Shown here piece after piece: positions 15,851 through 23,418 of a stretch of DNA of 24,000 nt (the first letter of the stretch is position 1; the number at the start of each line of letters is the position of its first letter). Both the position numbers and the translations under genes were made by a program. A model generated the notes under the pieces. The model did no database searches. It was not told the origin of the DNA and worked only from the letters and a program-made list of their open reading frames with translations. Origin of the DNA: Inquilinus sp. (lineage in GTDB: Bacteria; Pseudomonadota; Alphaproteobacteria; DSM-16000; Inquilinaceae). The stretch lies in assembly GCF_039594555.1 (NCBI RefSeq), contig NZ_JBCNNF010000006.1, positions 20,589 to 44,588 of the forward strand, written 5' to 3'.

Positions 15851-15892
15851 CCGAACATCCCTCTTCCCCCGAACATACAGTGGTGTACTGTA
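15851..15892. promoter_or_regulatory. Candidate regulatory motifs upstream of soxB
   Basis: Direct repeat CCGAACAT (15851-15858 and 15869-15876) and inverted repeat TACAGT-N5-ACTGTA (15876-15892), in a lower-GC gap 50-90 nt upstream of the soxB ATG. Confidence 0.25.
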
Positions 15893-15942
15893 CCGGCAGG
15901 ATCGGGAGGTGCCGGGCCAATCCGGCGGAGGCGGGCGCGAGG

Positions 15943-17202
15943 ATGCAGCGTTATTCCTTCTTCTCGCTGGCGCGGAAGGCGCTGGGCGGCCATCGCGGCT
16001 GGGAGCCGGCGTGGCGCAAAGCGACGCCGAAGAAAAGCTACGACGTCGTCATCGTCGGCGGCGGCGGGCACGGCCTGTCCACCGCCTACTACCTGGCCCG
16101 CAACCACGGCATCACCAATGTCGCGCTGATCGAGCGCGGCTGGATCGGCGGCGGCAATGTCGGCCGCAACACCACCATCGTCCGCTCCAACTACCTGCTG
16201 CCGGACAACCAGCATTTCTACGAATGGTCGCTCAAGCTGTGGCACGGCCTCAGCGAGGAGCTGAACTACAACGTCATGTTCTCGGCCCGCAGCTCGATCT
16301 TCCTGGCGACGTCGGTGGGCAACGCCATGGCGCTGCGCCGGCGCGGCAACGGCATGCGCCTGGCCGGCATCGATGCCGAGTGGCTGGAGCTGGACGATCT
16401 GCGCCGGATGGCGCCGAACCTCGACTATTCCGACAACGCGCTGTTCCCGATCTATGGCGGCATGCGCCAGGGCCGCGCCGGCACCGCCCGGCACGACGCC
16501 GTGGCCTGGGGCTTCGCCCGCGGCGCCAGCAACCTCGGCGTCGACATCATCGAGGATTGCGAGGTGCTGGACTTCCTGCGCGACGGCGAGCGCGTGACCG
16601 GGGTGATGACGGCCAAGGGCCCGATCAGCGCCGACCGGGTGTGCCTGGCCACCGCCGGCTCCTCCTCCACCCTCACCCGCAAGCTCGGCCTCAAGCTGCC
16701 GATCGAGAGCCACCTGCTGCAGGCCTTCGTCAGCGAGGGGCTGAAGCCGGTGGTCGATCACGTCTTCTCCTGGGGCGGCAGCGGCCATTTCTACATCAGC
16801 CAGTCCGACAAGGGCGGGCTGGTCTTCGGCGGCGACCTGGACGGCTACAACTCCTACGCCCAGCGCGGCAACCTGCCGGTGGTGGAGGACATCGCCACCG
16901 CCGCCATCGCCCTGATGCCCAACCTGTCGCGCACCCGCATCCTGCGGCACTGGGCCGGGGTGATGGACATGTCGATGGACGGCAGCCCGATCATCGGCCT
17001 GGCGCCGATCGACGGGCTCTACCTCAACATGGGCTGGTGCTATGGCGGCTTCAAAGCCATCCCCGGCTCCGGCTGGGTCTGCGCCCACACCATCGCCCAT
17101 GGCGCGCCGCACGAGCTGAACCGGCCCTTCGCGCTCGACCGGTTCGAGCGCGGCCGGATCATCGACGAGAACGGCGTCGGGCCGATCGCGAACCGGCACT
17201 GA
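15943..17202 (+). CDS. soxB: Sarcosine oxidase subunit beta
   Basis: ORF 15880..17202 trimmed to the ATG at 15943 (MQRYSFFSLARKALGGHRGWEPAWRKATPKKSYDVVIVGGGGHGLSTAYYLA is the canonical SoxB N-terminus). Also NTTIVRSNY and GWCYGGFKA. Confidence 0.95.
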   Translation: MQRYSFFSLARKALGGHRGWEPAWRKATPKKSYDVVIVGGGGHGLSTAYYLARNHGITNVALIERGWIGGGNVGRNTTIVRSNYLLPDNQHFYEWSLKLWHGLSEELNYNVMFSARSSIFLATSVGNAMALRRRGNGMRLAGIDAEWLELDDLRRMAPNLDYSDNALFPIYGGMRQGRAGTARHDAVAWGFARGASNLGVDIIEDCEVLDFLRDGERVTGVMTAKGPISADRVCLATAGSSSTLTRKLGLKLPIESHLLQAFVSEGLKPVVDHVFSWGGSGHFYISQSDKGGLVFGGDLDGYNSYAQRGNLPVVEDIATAAIALMPNLSRTRILRHWAGVMDMSMDGSPIIGLAPIDGLYLNMGWCYGGFKAIPGSGWVCAHTIAHGAPHELNRPFALDRFERGRIIDENGVGPIANRH

Positions 17203-17214
17203 GGAGCGGACGAC

Positions 17215-17490
17215 ATGCGAATTCCCTGCCCCTGGTGCGGCCCGCGCGACCTGTCCGAGTTCTTCTATGGCGGCGACGCCGAGACGCCGCGCCCGGCGCA
17301 TGAGGAGACGGCAGTCGGCCCCTGGTTCGACCATGTCTACCGCCACGACAATCCGCGCGGATCGCACCAGGAGTACTGGCAGCACAATTACGGCTGCCGG
17401 TCCTGGATCCTGGTCACGCGCGACACGCTGACCCATGAGATCACGGCGGCCGAGCCGATGCGGCGTCCCGCTTCGGAGGGTGGACGATGA
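17215..17490 (+). CDS. soxD: Sarcosine oxidase subunit delta
   Basis: 91 aa. MRIPCPWCGPRDLSEFFYGGDA...YWQHNYGCRSW. Positioned between soxB and soxA. Confidence 0.93.
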   Translation: MRIPCPWCGPRDLSEFFYGGDAETPRPAHEETAVGPWFDHVYRHDNPRGSHQEYWQHNYGCRSWILVTRDTLTHEITAAEPMRRPASEGGR

Positions 17491-20400
17491 CCTCCCATCG
17501 CCTGGCCCAGGGCGGGCTGATCGACCGGTCGGCGCGGCTGGGCTTCACCTTCGACGGGCAGCGCTACGAGGGCCATCCCGGCGACACGCTGGCCTCGGCC
17601 CTGCTGGCGAACGGCGTGCGGCTGGTCGGCCGCAGCTTCAAGTACCACCGGCCGCGCGGCATCCTGTCCGCCGGGTCGGAGGAGCCGAACGCCCTGGTCG
17701 AGCTGCGGACCGGCGGCCGGCACGAGCCGAACACCCGCGCCACCATGGTCGAGCTGTATGACGGGCTGGCGGCCAACAGCCAGAACCGCTGGCCGTCGCT
17801 CAGCTTCGACGCGCTGGGCGTGGTCAACGGCCTGCTGGCCCCGGTCTTCCCGGCCGGCTTCTACTACAAGACCTTCATGTGGCCGGCCTCGTTCTGGGAG
17901 CCGGTCTATGAGCGGATCATCCGCCGCGCCGCCGGCCTGGGCACCGCGCCGACTGAGGCCGACCCCGACCGCTACGAGCGCCGCCATGCCTTCTGCGACG
18001 TTCTGGTGGTCGGCGGCGGCCCGGCGGGGCTGAGTGCTGCGCTGGCCGCGGCCGAGGCCGGCGCACGGGTGATCCTGTGCGACGAGGGCGACCGCTTCGG
18101 CGGCAGCCTGCTGGGCGAGGACGAGCCGGTCGAGAGCCGTCCGGCGACGGAATGGGTGGCCGACCGGCTGGCGGCACTGCAGGGCTTCGGCGACCGGGTG
18201 ACGCTGGTGCCGCGCGGCATGGCCTTCGGGGTCTACGACCACGGCACGGTCGGCTTGGTCGAGCGCGTTGCCGACCACCTTCCCGAGCCGCCGCCGCACC
18301 TGCCGCGCCAGCGCTTCTGGACCATCCGGGCCGCAGCGATCGTGGTCGCGGCCGGGGCGATCGAGCAGCCGCTGGTGTTCCCGAACAACGACCGCCCCGG
18401 CGTGATGCTGGCCGGCGCGGCGCATCGCTACGCCCATCGCTATGCCGTGGCCCCGGGCAAGCGGGTGCTGGTGGCCGGGATCGACGACGGCGCCGCCCGC
18501 GCCGCCCTGGCGCTGAAGCGGCACGGGGTCGAGGTCGCCGGGCTGGTCGACAGCCGGGCCGCCCTGCCCGGCCCCCTGGCGGAGGCGCTGCGCGCCGCCG
18601 GCATCGCGGTCCATGCCGGCTCCGCCCTTCGCGGCGCCAGGGGCCGCCTCGGCGTCGAGGGCGCCCGCATCGGCGCGGCCGACGGCAGCGGCAGAGCCAT
18701 CGCGATCGATTGCGACGCCATCGCCATGTCCGGCGGCTGGATGCCGACCACGCATCTCTTGAGCCAGCGCGGCATCCGCCCGAAGCTGGACTGGACCCGC
18801 GGCGGCTATGTGCTGCCGGATCTCGACGGCCCGCTGCTGGCCGCCGGCGCCTGCGCCGGCCGCGCCACCACCGAGGCCGCGATCGCCGACGGCCTGGCGG
18901 TGGGACGGCAGGCTGCCCAATTCCGGCAAATTATGAGAGTCCCCCCTCCCCTCGCGGGAGGGGGCAAGGGGGAGGGGGTTGGTGCCGCCGGAGCAGAATC
19001 CGCGGGTTTGAGCTTGGCTTCGACACCCCCCTCCCCCTCCCCCTCCCCCTACCCCCCTCCCGCAGGGGGAGGGGGGACTCCATTGGAGAACCTGCCCCGC
19101 CCTGCTCCCATACCTGCCACAGCCCCCGCGGTCACCGACCCGCAGGTGGCCGGCAAGGCTTTCGTCGACTTCCAGAACGACGTCACCGCCGCCGATGTGC
19201 GTCTGGCCGCGCGCGAGGGCTACACCTCGCCCGAGCATATGAAGCGCTACACCACCCAAGGCATGGCGACGGACCAGGGCAAGACCTCGAACGGCCCGGC
19301 CCTGGGCGTGCTGACCGATGCCCGCGGGCTGCGGCCGGGCGACCTGGCGGCGCCGACCTTCCGTCCGCCCTACACCCCGGTCGCCTTCGGCGCGATCGCC
19401 GGCCGGTCGGTCGGCTGGCACGCCGTCCCCAGCCGGCGGACGCCGTTCGACGAGTTCCACCGGGCCGACGGCGCCGTCTTCGTGCGGTCCGGCGGCTGGA
19501 TGCGGCCGCTCTACTACCCGCGTCCGGGAGAGACGCTGGGCCAGGCATCGCTGCGCGAGGCCCGGCATGTCCGGTCGCAGGTCGGCGTGTTCGACGTCTC
19601 GACCCTGGGCAAGGTCGACGTCTGCGGCCCCGACGCCGCTTCGTTCCTGGAGCGGCTCTATGTCAACCGGATCGAGACGCTGCCGGTCGGCCGCTCACGC
19701 TACGGCATCATGCTGCGCGACGACGGCATCGTGATGGATGACGGTACCGTGACCCGGCTGGCCGAGGACCGCTTCTACGTCACCACCACCAGCGCCAAGG
19801 CGCATGACGTGGTGCGGATGATGGAGCGGCTGACCGAGGTCGACTGGCCCGATCTTCGGGTGGCGGTGACGGAGGTGACGGAGGCCCGCGCGGCGCTGGC
19901 GCTGACCGGCCCCGAGGCCCGCACGGTGCTGGCCCGGCTGGTCGGCGACGCCGCCGACGTCTCGAACGAGGCCCTGCCCTTCATGGCGGTCCGCGACGTG
20001 AGGCTGGGCGGCCTGCCGCTGCGCATCCTGCGCGTCAGCTTCACCGGCGAGCTGGGCTACGAGCTGCATGTCGAATCCCAGCACGCGCCGGAGCTGTGGC
20101 GGCGCCTGATCGCGGCCGGCGAGCCGGCCGGGCTGCGGCGCTTCGGGCTGGAGGCGCTGGAGCTGCTGCGGATCGAGAAGGGCTTCCTGACCGGCGCCGA
20201 GATCAACGGCCAGACCACCCTGGCCGACCTGGCGCATGAGCGCTTCGCCAAGCGCGAGGGCAACTACGTCGGCAAGCCGATGTCGCTGCGCGAGGGCATG
20301 GCCGACCCGGACCGGCCGCGGCTGGTCGGGCTGGTGTCGGAGGATGGCGCGCCGCTGGTTTCCGGGGCCCATCTGGTCGAGGGCGGCATGTACCGCCCGA

Positions 20401-20603
20401 ACGAGCCGACCCAGGGCCATGTCACCTCCAGCGGCACCAGCCCGGTGACGGGGCTGCCGATCGCGCTGGGCCTGCTGGCCCGCGCACGGGAGCGGACCGG
20501 CGGCACTATCTTCGCCACCGACCCGCTGCGCGGCAGCCACATCAAGGTGCGGGTGGTCGAGCCCTGCATGTACGACCCGAAGGGAGAGCGCGTCCGTGGC
20601 TGA
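17487..20603 (+). CDS. soxA: Sarcosine oxidase subunit alpha, carrying an in-frame family A repeat insertion
   Basis: 1038 aa. ATGA overlap with soxD. FKYHRPRGILSAGSEEPNALVEL, VLVVGGGPAGLSAALAAA, KAFVDFQNDVTAADV, YTTQGMATDQGK, and a C-terminal GcvT-like SFTGELGYELH. Residues of about 485-531 (VPPPLAGGGKGEGV...PPSPSPSPYPPPAGGGGT) are a translation of the repeat. Confidence 0.93.
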   Translation: MTSHRLAQGGLIDRSARLGFTFDGQRYEGHPGDTLASALLANGVRLVGRSFKYHRPRGILSAGSEEPNALVELRTGGRHEPNTRATMVELYDGLAANSQNRWPSLSFDALGVVNGLLAPVFPAGFYYKTFMWPASFWEPVYERIIRRAAGLGTAPTEADPDRYERRHAFCDVLVVGGGPAGLSAALAAAEAGARVILCDEGDRFGGSLLGEDEPVESRPATEWVADRLAALQGFGDRVTLVPRGMAFGVYDHGTVGLVERVADHLPEPPPHLPRQRFWTIRAAAIVVAAGAIEQPLVFPNNDRPGVMLAGAAHRYAHRYAVAPGKRVLVAGIDDGAARAALALKRHGVEVAGLVDSRAALPGPLAEALRAAGIAVHAGSALRGARGRLGVEGARIGAADGSGRAIAIDCDAIAMSGGWMPTTHLLSQRGIRPKLDWTRGGYVLPDLDGPLLAAGACAGRATTEAAIADGLAVGRQAAQFRQIMRVPPPLAGGGKGEGVGAAGAESAGLSLASTPPSPSPSPYPPPAGGGGTPLENLPRPAPIPATAPAVTDPQVAGKAFVDFQNDVTAADVRLAAREGYTSPEHMKRYTTQGMATDQGKTSNGPALGVLTDARGLRPGDLAAPTFRPPYTPVAFGAIAGRSVGWHAVPSRRTPFDEFHRADGAVFVRSGGWMRPLYYPRPGETLGQASLREARHVRSQVGVFDVSTLGKVDVCGPDAASFLERLYVNRIETLPVGRSRYGIMLRDDGIVMDDGTVTRLAEDRFYVTTTSAKAHDVVRMMERLTEVDWPDLRVAVTEVTEARAALALTGPEARTVLARLVGDAADVSNEALPFMAVRDVRLGGLPLRILRVSFTGELGYELHVESQHAPELWRRLIAAGEPAGLRRFGLEALELLRIEKGFLTGAEINGQTTLADLAHERFAKREGNYVGKPMSLREGMADPDRPRLVGLVSEDGAPLVSGAHLVEGGMYRPNEPTQGHVTSSGTSPVTGLPIALGLLARARERTGGTIFATDPLRGSHIKVRVVEPCMYDPKGERVRG
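18939..19078. repeat. Family A composite, F-spA-R architecture, inside soxA (arm F5 18939-18980, spacer 18981-19023, arm R5 19024-19078)
   Basis: F5 is GTCCCCCCTCCCCTCGCGGGAGGGGGCAAGGGGGAGGGGGTT. R5 is 13 nt longer than the other R arms because its CCCCCT tract is expanded (19026-19050). Confidence 0.95.
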
Positions 20604-21210
20604 GCTCCTGGTGAATCCCGTCGCGGCGCTGACGACCCTGGACGCCGACGGCCTGACCTTCCGCCCGTGGTGCCCCGCCGCGATCCTGCAGCTGGCCGCC
20701 TGGAGCGAGGACTCCGCCGCCGCTTTGGCGCAATGGGAGCGCGCCACCTTCGGCGCCTCGATCGCCGGGGCCGGCGCGACGCTGGCGCGGGACGGGGTGC
20801 GGCTGTGGCCGACCGCGCCCTGGCGCCGGCTGCTGATCGCCGAGGCCGGCACCACCCTGCCGGCTCTGCCGGCCGATGTCGCGGCGGTGCCCAGCACCGG
20901 CGGCTATGTCGGCCTCAGACTGGATGGCCCGCGCTCGCGCGACCTGCTGGCCAAGCTGGCGGCGATCGACCTGCATCCGGACATGCTGGTGGAGGGCGAC
21001 TTCGCCACCGCGAAGCTGGAGCATGTGCGGGTGCATCTGCAGCGCGCCGGGGCCGACGCCTTCGACCTGCTGCTGCCGGTCTCTTACGCCGAATTCACCC
21101 TCGGCGCCCTGGCTGACGCCGCGCTGGAATACGGCGCCCGGATCGACCCGGCCGTGCTGCACCGCCCGCCCCCGCCCCAGGAATCGCCCCGACTGGTGCG
21201 GCTGAAGTAG
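20596..21210 (+). CDS. soxG: Sarcosine oxidase subunit gamma
   Basis: 204 aa. GTG start overlapping the soxA stop by 8 nt. Size and position match soxG, and the GYVGLRLDGPRSRDLLAKL block is typical. Confidence 0.85.
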   Translation: MAELLVNPVAALTTLDADGLTFRPWCPAAILQLAAWSEDSAAALAQWERATFGASIAGAGATLARDGVRLWPTAPWRRLLIAEAGTTLPALPADVAAVPSTGGYVGLRLDGPRSRDLLAKLAAIDLHPDMLVEGDFATAKLEHVRVHLQRAGADAFDLLLPVSYAEFTLGALADAALEYGARIDPAVLHRPPPPQESPRLVRLK

Positions 21211-21286
21211 GAGCGCAATTTTCTCCAAGCAGCGGCGACCCGTGGCAGCCTAAGCCAGGGCTCCCCGAAGCGAACGGAGAGCCCCG

Positions 21287-21778
21287 ATGCCCACCTATCC
21301 CTCCCTTCAGGCCGCCCTGTTCGCCGACGGCCCGGCGCCGGACCTCGCCGAGAAGATGGGCCTCTATGGCTGGCTGGTAGGCGACTGGGAGATGGACACC
21401 CGCCTCTTCGCCGAGGACGGCACCGCCACGCCCGGCCATGGCGAGATTCATTTCGGCTGGGCGCTGAACGGCCGCGCCATCCAGGATGTCTGGATCCTGC
21501 CCGGCGCCTTCTTCGGCACCACCATCAGGATCTACGACCACGGCCTCGATGCCTGGCACATCCTCTGGCACGACCCGCTGAAGCAGCTCTACACCCGCCA
21601 GCTCGGCCGGGCCGAGGGCCGCGACATCGTCCAGCTCGGCCGGGACGATGGCGGCGCCACCATCCGCTGGAGCTTCCGCGAGATCATGCCGGACAGCTTC
21701 ACCTGGCGGGCCGAGCGGTCGCCCGATGGCGAGCGCGACTGGCGCCTATTGGCCGAGTTCCACGCCCGGCGAGTCTGA
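21287..21778 (+). CDS. Hypothetical protein. A small beta-barrel (DUF1579/lipocalin-like) assignment is tentative.
   Basis: 163 aa. GGAGAG RBS upstream. Good coding-frame composition. LVGDWEMD...W...G....W motif pattern. No confident family assignment without a search. Confidence 0.6.
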   Translation: MPTYPSLQAALFADGPAPDLAEKMGLYGWLVGDWEMDTRLFAEDGTATPGHGEIHFGWALNGRAIQDVWILPGAFFGTTIRIYDHGLDAWHILWHDPLKQLYTRQLGRAEGRDIVQLGRDDGGATIRWSFREIMPDSFTWRAERSPDGERDWRLLAEFHARRV

Positions 21779-21846
21779 GACCGAGGGCTGGCCATCTGTC
21801 GGCTTCGGCCTAGAGTGACTCCGTCCCGCAACCGGGGAGGCCTGCG

Positions 21847-22281
21847 ATGACGGATGACGAGCGCGCGATCCGCGATCTGGTCGAGACCTGGATGGCGGCC
21901 AGCAGGGCCGGCGACACGGCGACGGTCCTGGGCCTGATGGCGGACGACGCCGTCTTCATGGTCCCCCGGCACGAGCCTTTCGGCAGGCAAGCCTTCGCCG
22001 CGGCCTCCGGCCAGTCGGAGTTCCGCATCGAGGGCGGCGGCGAGATCCGCGAGCTGCAGGTGCTGGGCGACTGGGCATATCTGCGCAGCCATCTCGACAT
22101 CACCATGATCCCGCCGGTGGGCCAGAAGGTGCGCCGCACGGGCTGGATCCTGACCATCCTGAGGAAGCAGCCGGACGGGCGCTGGCTGCTGACCCGCGAC
22201 GCCAACCTGCTGACCGTGCAGCCGGCCACGGCCGGAGGAGCCGAGCCTCCGCTGATACCGGAGACGTATCAAAGCGAGTAG
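21847..22281 (+). CDS. NTF2-like / SnoaL-like (DUF4440, SgcJ/EcaC-type) protein
   Basis: 144 aa. MTDDERAIRDLVETWMAASRAGDTATVLGLMADDAVFMVP...GDWAYLRS...TILRKQPDGRWLLTRDANLL is the characteristic pattern. GGGGAGG RBS. Confidence 0.75.
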   Translation: MTDDERAIRDLVETWMAASRAGDTATVLGLMADDAVFMVPRHEPFGRQAFAAASGQSEFRIEGGGEIRELQVLGDWAYLRSHLDITMIPPVGQKVRRTGWILTILRKQPDGRWLLTRDANLLTVQPATAGGAEPPLIPETYQSE

Positions 22282-22350
22282 ACGCGATATTTGATCGATC
22301 AGACACGAATCGCCAAACAGGGCCGGAGCCCACCAGCCCCGGAGGAAGCC

Positions 22351-23418
22351 GTGTCCGTCCTGCACGCGTCCCGAGCCGCCCTTCTCGCCATCGCCCTTGC
22401 CGCAACCCCTGCCCAGGCCGCGTCCGACGTTGTCCGCGAGGAGCTGAGGGCCACCACCGCGGACGGCATCGGCATCCGGGTCCGCGAGGTGCGGCCGCGC
22501 GACGGCGGCGCCGGTGAGCCGATCATCCTGGTGCATGGCGCCCGGGTGCCGGGGATCGCCTCCTTCGACCTCGAGGTTCCGGGCGGGTCGCTGGCCGCCG
22601 ACCTGGCCGACCGGCTGGACCGCGCCGTCTACGTCATGGATGCGAGGGGCTATGGCGGCTCCGACCGCTCGGCGGCGATGGACCGGCCGGCGGCCGAGAG
22701 CCTGCCGCTGGCTCGCGGCCATGAGGTGGTGCGCGACATCGACGCCGTGGCTCGGCTGGCCGCGGCGCGCGCCGGCACCGGCACCGTCGCCCTGGTCGGC
22801 TGGGCCACCGGCGGCATGTGGTCGGCCTGGTATGCCGCGCTGTGGCCGGAGCGGGTCGGCCATCTGGTCGTACTGAACGCGCTCTATGGCGGCGCCGACC
22901 GGCATCCGACCCTCGGCCCCGGCTCGCCCGCCGCCGATCCGGCCCGTCCGGACCGGCTGAACCCGACGATCGGCGGCTACACGCTGAACACCGCGGCGGC
23001 GCTGTTCCCATCCTGGGACCGGAGCATCCCGGCCGACGACAAGACGCTGTGGCGCGACCCGGCCGTCGCCGACGCCTATGCCCGGGCGGCGCTGGCCAGC
23101 GACCCGGCCGCGGAGACCCGCGATCCCCCGGCCTTCCGCGCCCCGTCCGGCGCCATCGCGGACAGCTTCCTGCAGGCGGGCGGGCGCCGGCTGTTCGACG
23201 CCGGGTCGATCACCGCCCCGGTGCTGCTGATCCGGTCCGAGCATGATTTCTGGAGCCGGACGGAGGACATGGCCGCCTTCGCCCATGACGCGGTGCGGTC
23301 GGCCGGGGTGCGCAGCATCACCCTGCCCGGCGCCACCCACTACACGCATCTCGACTGGCCGGAGCGTGGGCGCGACGCGCTGATCGCCGAGATTGTGACC
23401 TTCCTGGGCGGGCGCTAG
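22351..23418 (+). CDS. Secreted alpha/beta-hydrolase-fold protein (atypical nucleophile elbow)
   Basis: The ORF track starts at a TTG at 22291. GTG at 22351 is preferred: GGAGGA lies 4 nt upstream, and the N-terminus VSVLHASRAALLAIALAATPAQA/AS reads as a signal peptide. IILVHGARVPG (HG motif), VALVGWATGGMW (elbow), PVLLIRSEHDFW, PGATHYTHLD. Confidence 0.75.
   Translation: MSVLHASRAALLAIALAATPAQAASDVVREELRATTADGIGIRVREVRPRDGGAGEPIILVHGARVPGIASFDLEVPGGSLAADLADRLDRAVYVMDARGYGGSDRSAAMDRPAAESLPLARGHEVVRDIDAVARLAAARAGTGTVALVGWATGGMWSAWYAALWPERVGHLVVLNALYGGADRHPTLGPGSPAADPARPDRLNPTIGGYTLNTAAALFPSWDRSIPADDKTLWRDPAVADAYARAALASDPAAETRDPPAFRAPSGAIADSFLQAGGRRLFDAGSITAPVLLIRSEHDFWSRTEDMAAFAHDAVRSAGVRSITLPGATHYTHLDWPERGRDALIAEIVTFLGGR

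Noticed and set aside
2608-19078. Possibility that the repeated 42-nt units form a CRISPR array.
   Set aside because: The copies occur as inverted pairs rather than direct repeats. They are scattered over 16 kb with genes between them and have only two conserved spacer types. No cas genes are present.
23415-23418. The convergent hydrolase and DUF1697 genes share the palindrome CTAG, which supplies both stop codons.
   Set aside because: It is real in the sequence but is a trivial consequence of tight convergent packing. No functional implication can be supported.
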